DNA of 41,716 bases. Origin: Candidatus Xenobia bacterium. GTDB taxonomy: Bacteria; Vulcanimicrobiota; Xenobia; Xenobiales; QWHO01. The stretch spans positions 1-41,716 of the forward strand of contig BTUM01000070.1 of assembly GCA_045863235.1 (NCBI GenBank). Direction: 5' to 3'. The translations under genes and the position numbers were made by a program. Below, piece after piece: positions 37,884-41,716 of this stretch; the stretch's first letter is position 1, and each line of letters begins with the position of its first letter. Below the pieces are notes generated by a model. That model was not told the origin of the DNA, made no database searches, and saw nothing but the letters and a program-made list of their open reading frames with translations.

Positions 37884-39863
37884 ATGAAGTTTTATGCCGT
37901 TTTGCTCGGTCTTGCCACCTGCCTTGGCCTGGCCAGCCCGCTTCGAGCCCAGGAGCACCCGCTCGACCCACTCACGCAACCCGAGATCGAAACCGCGGTG
38001 GCGGTGCTCAAGCGCGAGGGCAAGCTCGACGACAAGGCCCGCCTGCCCACGATGGTGCTCGACGAGCCGCCCAAGGCACAGGTGCTGGCCTTCAAGCCGG
38101 GAGATCCAGTCCCCCGGCGGGCCTTCGTGGTCATCCTGGATCGCTCTCAATCCAAGGTCTACGAAGCCGTGGTGGACGTCGCCGTCGGCAAGCTGGTGAG
38201 CTACAAGCAGGTGCCGGGCGTGCAGCCGGGCATCCTGGTGGACGAATTCGTCTTCCCCCAGGATCTGGTGCGAGCCGACCCGCGCTGGCAGGCGGCCATG
38301 AAAAAGCGCGGCATCACCAACTTCTCCGACGTGCAGATCGACGTCTGGGCGCCTGGCATCTTGAGCGATGCCGAAATGGCCGAGGGCCGTCGCATCTGCC
38401 GCTGCCTCTCGTTCTACCGAGGCGGGGCCACCAATCCCTATGCCCGCCCCATCGAGGGCGTCATCGCCACGGTGGACATGAACAACGAGAAAGTGCTCGA
38501 GGTGACCGACCTGGGCGTGGTGCCGGTGGTCGACCACCCCAGCGACTTTGACGAGAAGTCCAACGCCCCGCTGCGCGAGGCCCCCAGACCCTTGTCGATC
38601 ACCCAGCCGCAGGGCGAGAGCTTCACCATCAAGGGCAACCAGATCAGCTGGCAGAACTGGCAGTTCCGGGTCGGCATGGACCCGCGCGAGGGCCTGGTGC
38701 TGCACGACCTTCGCTACAACGACAAGGGCAAGCTGCGCCCGGTGGCCTATCGCCTCTCGCTGGCCGAGATGGTGGTGCCCTACGGCGACCCGGCCGAGAA
38801 CTGGACCTGGCGCAACGCCTTCGACCTAGGCGAGTACGGGGTGGGCCGGCTGGCCAACAGCCTGGTCAAAGGGGCCGACCTGCCTCCCAACGCGGTCACG
38901 CGCGACTCGGTCTTCGTGGACGACTACGGCAAGGCTTACGTGCAACCCGCGGCCTACGGCATCTATGAGCGCGACGCGGGCATCCTGTGGAAGCACTTCG
39001 ACTTTGACTCGGGCCACGACGAGACCCGGCGAGCCCGCGAGCTGGTGCTTGGCTTCGTGGCCACCGTGGGCAACTATGACTACGCCTTCTGGTGGATCCT
39101 GGGACAAGACGGCTCCATCAGCGTCGAGGGCGAGCTGACCGGAATCATGCTGGCCAAGGGGGTCAAGCAAGCGACCGTCACCGACCCCGCCCTGGAGAAG
39201 ACCGGGCGCATGGTGGCCCCCCACGTCGTGGCTCCCAACCACCAGCACTTCTTCGGTTACCGGCTGGATATGGACATCGACGGTACCGGCAACTCGGTGG
39301 TCGAGCTCAACAACCAGTCCTTCAGCGAGTTGGGCCAGCGCAAGAACGCCTTTGGTGTCGTGCCCACGGTGCTGGCCACCGAAAAGGACGCCCGGCGGGA
39401 CATGAACTTCGCCAGCGCCCGCAAGTGGAACGTGATCAACCCCACCTCCGTGAACGCCTGCGCCACGCCGCACGGCTACCTGCTGGTGCCCAAGGAGAAC
39501 GCCATCCCCTACATGGACGCCAACAACCCCATCCGCCAGCGGGCCCGCTTTCTGGATCATCACCTGTGGGTGACCCGCTACGTGCCGGGCGAGTTGCATC
39601 CGGCCGGCCTCTATCCCAACCAGGGACGCGGAGGCGATGGGCTGCCTCGCTGGTCGGGAACCGAATCCATCGACAACCAGGACGTGGTGATCTGGTACAA
39701 CTTCGGGGTGACCCACAACCCGCGCCCCGAGGAGTGGCCGGTCATGCCGCACCACAAGACCGGCTTCACGATCCTGCCCAACGGCTTTTTTGACCGCAAT
39801 CCAGCCATGGATCTGCCCAACAGCGCTCCACCGCCAGCCGACCGCCCGCCCGCCGGGAAATAG
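37884..39863 (+). CDS. tynA: Exported copper amine oxidase (TPQ-dependent primary amine oxidase)
   Basis: Signal peptide, HPLDPL, EMVVPYGDP, AFDLGEYG, TVGNYDY (TPQ site), HQH and THNPRPEEWPVMP copper ligands. Confidence 0.93.
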   Translation: MKFYAVLLGLATCLGLASPLRAQEHPLDPLTQPEIETAVAVLKREGKLDDKARLPTMVLDEPPKAQVLAFKPGDPVPRRAFVVILDRSQSKVYEAVVDVAVGKLVSYKQVPGVQPGILVDEFVFPQDLVRADPRWQAAMKKRGITNFSDVQIDVWAPGILSDAEMAEGRRICRCLSFYRGGATNPYARPIEGVIATVDMNNEKVLEVTDLGVVPVVDHPSDFDEKSNAPLREAPRPLSITQPQGESFTIKGNQISWQNWQFRVGMDPREGLVLHDLRYNDKGKLRPVAYRLSLAEMVVPYGDPAENWTWRNAFDLGEYGVGRLANSLVKGADLPPNAVTRDSVFVDDYGKAYVQPAAYGIYERDAGILWKHFDFDSGHDETRRARELVLGFVATVGNYDYAFWWILGQDGSISVEGELTGIMLAKGVKQATVTDPALEKTGRMVAPHVVAPNHQHFFGYRLDMDIDGTGNSVVELNNQSFSELGQRKNAFGVVPTVLATEKDARRDMNFASARKWNVINPTSVNACATPHGYLLVPKENAIPYMDANNPIRQRARFLDHHLWVTRYVPGELHPAGLYPNQGRGGDGLPRWSGTESIDNQDVVIWYNFGVTHNPRPEEWPVMPHHKTGFTILPNGFFDRNPAMDLPNSAPPPADRPPAGK

Positions 39864-39869
39864 GGCTGC

Positions 39870-40805
39870 ATGCTGGGCTGGCTCCTGCCGCTGCTGGTCA
39901 CCGTGTCCTTCTACGGACTGGCCGGCGGCATCTGGAAGCAGTGCGGCCTGACTCTGGGGGCCATCAGCCTGCTCTACGTGGCGGCCAAATCGGTGGTCAA
40001 CCTGGGCGCCTGGGCGGTCTTCAGCCGCAGACCCTTCCTCGACCAGGAGTCGCGGGGCTTTCTGAGCTGGGCCATGGCCGGCTCGTTCTTCAACGGGCTG
40101 GCCTGGATCGGCTATTTCACGGCTCTCACCCTGGGCCCGGCGGCCATCGTGCAGACCATCACCGCCGCCTACACGGCCCTGGCCGCCCTGCTGGCGCTGA
40201 TCTTCCTGCGCGAGCGGGTGGTGGCGGTCCAGGCCATCGGCATCGCGCTGGTGATCGGGGCCGGGCTCTTCCTGGGCTACACCGGGGCCACCGAGGGGGG
40301 CGCCGGCTGGGTCTGGGTGGCCGCCAGCGTGGCCACGCTCCTTTTCTGGGGGGTGGCCGTGACCATGTTCAAGCAGGCTTACAACCAGCCCCACGCTGAC
40401 GACTGGCGCTTCTTCGTGGTCAACTGGGTGGGCATCGTGCTCACCATGCTCCCCTATGGCCTGGCCACCGAGCACCCCCTGACCCCGGGCCGCGACCTCA
40501 CGCTGGGCCTGCTCATCGTGACCCTCTATGCCCTGGGCGACCTCACCCTGTTTGCCGCCATCGCCCGGGGCCCGGCCTCCATCGTGAGCCCGGTGAGCGG
40601 GCTCTATCCCGTGCCCACGCTCTTTTATGCCTCGCTGGTGCTGGGTGAGAAGATCTCCCCCGCCCAGTGGGTGGCCATCGTGGTGGTGCTGGCGGCTATC
40701 GTGATGGTGGTTCCGGCCCCCGACAACCCCTTGCTGAGACTTCTGCAGGGGAGCAAGCAGCCGGCCGGGAACGCCCCCGCCGAATCCATACAGGAGAACG
40801 TGTGA
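39870..40805 (+). CDS. EamA/DMT family transporter
   Basis: About ten TM helices in two repeats; GPAAIV..IFLRER and GPASIVSP..LGEKI. Confidence 0.88.
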   Translation: MLGWLLPLLVTVSFYGLAGGIWKQCGLTLGAISLLYVAAKSVVNLGAWAVFSRRPFLDQESRGFLSWAMAGSFFNGLAWIGYFTALTLGPAAIVQTITAAYTALAALLALIFLRERVVAVQAIGIALVIGAGLFLGYTGATEGGAGWVWVAASVATLLFWGVAVTMFKQAYNQPHADDWRFFVVNWVGIVLTMLPYGLATEHPLTPGRDLTLGLLIVTLYALGDLTLFAAIARGPASIVSPVSGLYPVPTLFYASLVLGEKISPAQWVAIVVVLAAIVMVVPAPDNPLLRLLQGSKQPAGNAPAESIQENV

Positions 40806-40900
40806 CAAAGTCGAGTCAAGTCAAACGCGTGCGAAATCAGCTTGCATGGCCCATTCGCACCTGTAAGGTCGCACGCCGCGCCGCGCGAGACCTCCGCCAG

Positions 40901-41416
40901 TTAGTATCGCCCCCGAGAAAGAGTTCCATCAGGCAAAGGGACAAGTGCCTCGAAAGCCTTTGCGGGAGAGCCTTCAAAACTTTCTTTGCTCCACCAATCA
41001 GGCTCCTCCAGAACGGTCACGTGACCACCCAAAAAGTCATGAAGCGAATCCCGCAACTCAGGCAGGTTATCAGCCGCCGAGTAGGGATGTGAAGCGCTCT
41101 TGCTGCACAAATCGGGCTCATGTCCAATAACAAGAACTTCACGACCACGAGTTATTATGCTGCTGGCCAATGCTAGCGCTTGTATTTGAAAGGCTTCATC
41201 AACCAGTCCCTCTATCCGATTGCTTGGTGAAGAGAAAGTTATGCTTGCCATGGGCGGTTGGGCTTGAACAAAGTGAAGGGCAGTATCCGCGTCTTTGAAG
41301 ACTCGGTATTCACGCCTCCCGCCATTGTATCGAGCCATAGCAACTGTGCAACCGCTGGTCAACAGCTGATCGCACAGTAGTTCTCTGAGAACTGGATCGC
41401 CAGAGGAAATGGTCAA
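40901..41416 (-). CDS. Hypothetical protein, lower GC than the host
   Basis: 171-codon ORF with many A/T-ending codons; no recognisable family; start uncertain. Confidence 0.6.
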   Translation of the reverse strand: MTISSGDPVLRELLCDQLLTSGCTVAMARYNGGRREYRVFKDADTALHFVQAQPPMASITFSSPSNRIEGLVDEAFQIQALALASSIITRGREVLVIGHEPDLCSKSASHPYSAADNLPELRDSLHDFLGGHVTVLEEPDWWSKESFEGSPAKAFEALVPLPDGTLSRGRY

Positions 41417-41716
41417 CGGGCTACCTTTGCCTTCCTTTGTCCCCCGAGGTTACCTCTGATCTGAGTACGGGTTTTCGGCGCAATTGTGTCTCTGGCTTGA
41501 CCTTTCAGGGAGAGGAGAAGTTCACAATGGCACCCAGGCTTTACTTCTCTCCTCGTCATTTACTCTCCTGATTCCCTATTATCAGATTCCCGATCCACTA
41601 GATCCACTGAGAGGCCATTTGGTGTGGGCGAAAAAGCCACTCCCATCAACAGCAAGATATCAAAAAAAAAAAAAAAAAAAATACAACGACAAAAAGAATT
41701 GTAGAGATAACATACC

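Noticed and set aside
41413..41559. 48-codon minus-strand ORF (MTRREVKPGCHC...) upstream of the orphan gene
   Set aside because: Short, no recognisable motif, and close to the unreliable end.
41662..41716. 20-nt poly-A and A-rich end as a retroelement tail
   Set aside because: It lies at the sequence end, is low complexity, and has no RT or target duplication; most likely a read-end or assembly artefact.

Overview
High-GC (roughly two-thirds by eye) bacterial chromosomal segment, mostly housekeeping and envelope genes. It carries msrA, a stand-alone tRNA-binding protein, DUF427, tRNA-Leu/tRNA-Gly, tig-clpP-clpX, a GAF/HD-GYP gene, a Ser/Thr kinase-histidine kinase-receiver hybrid, a subtilase, a minus-strand run (M16 peptidase, dapB, asd, TPR, Ser/Thr kinase, PilC/GspF), recN, three prepilin-like genes, a clostripain, glyS, a nitroreductase, two rhomboids, ppdK, a secretin-N-like gene, ComM/YifB, a copper amine oxidase and an EamA transporter. 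It ends in a lower-GC tail with a poly-A run. The gene style suggests Candidatus Eremiobacterota/Vulcanimicrobiota, which is inference only. Best hidden signals: (1) an exported thioredoxin-like protein missed by the ORF track because of an in-frame UGA in a UxxC motif followed by a SECIS-like hairpin (2949-3509); (2) a 3 x 62-bp nested-palindrome array just upstream of an XRE-HTH/DUF559-like nuclease gene; (3) an almost charge-free FG/Q-rich repeat protein; (4) a 108-bp in-frame palindromic insert in a likely signal peptide; (5) a coupled pair of signalling genes with degenerate catalytic motifs. No CRISPR array, rRNA or transposase was seen. All family calls come from motif recognition, not database searches.
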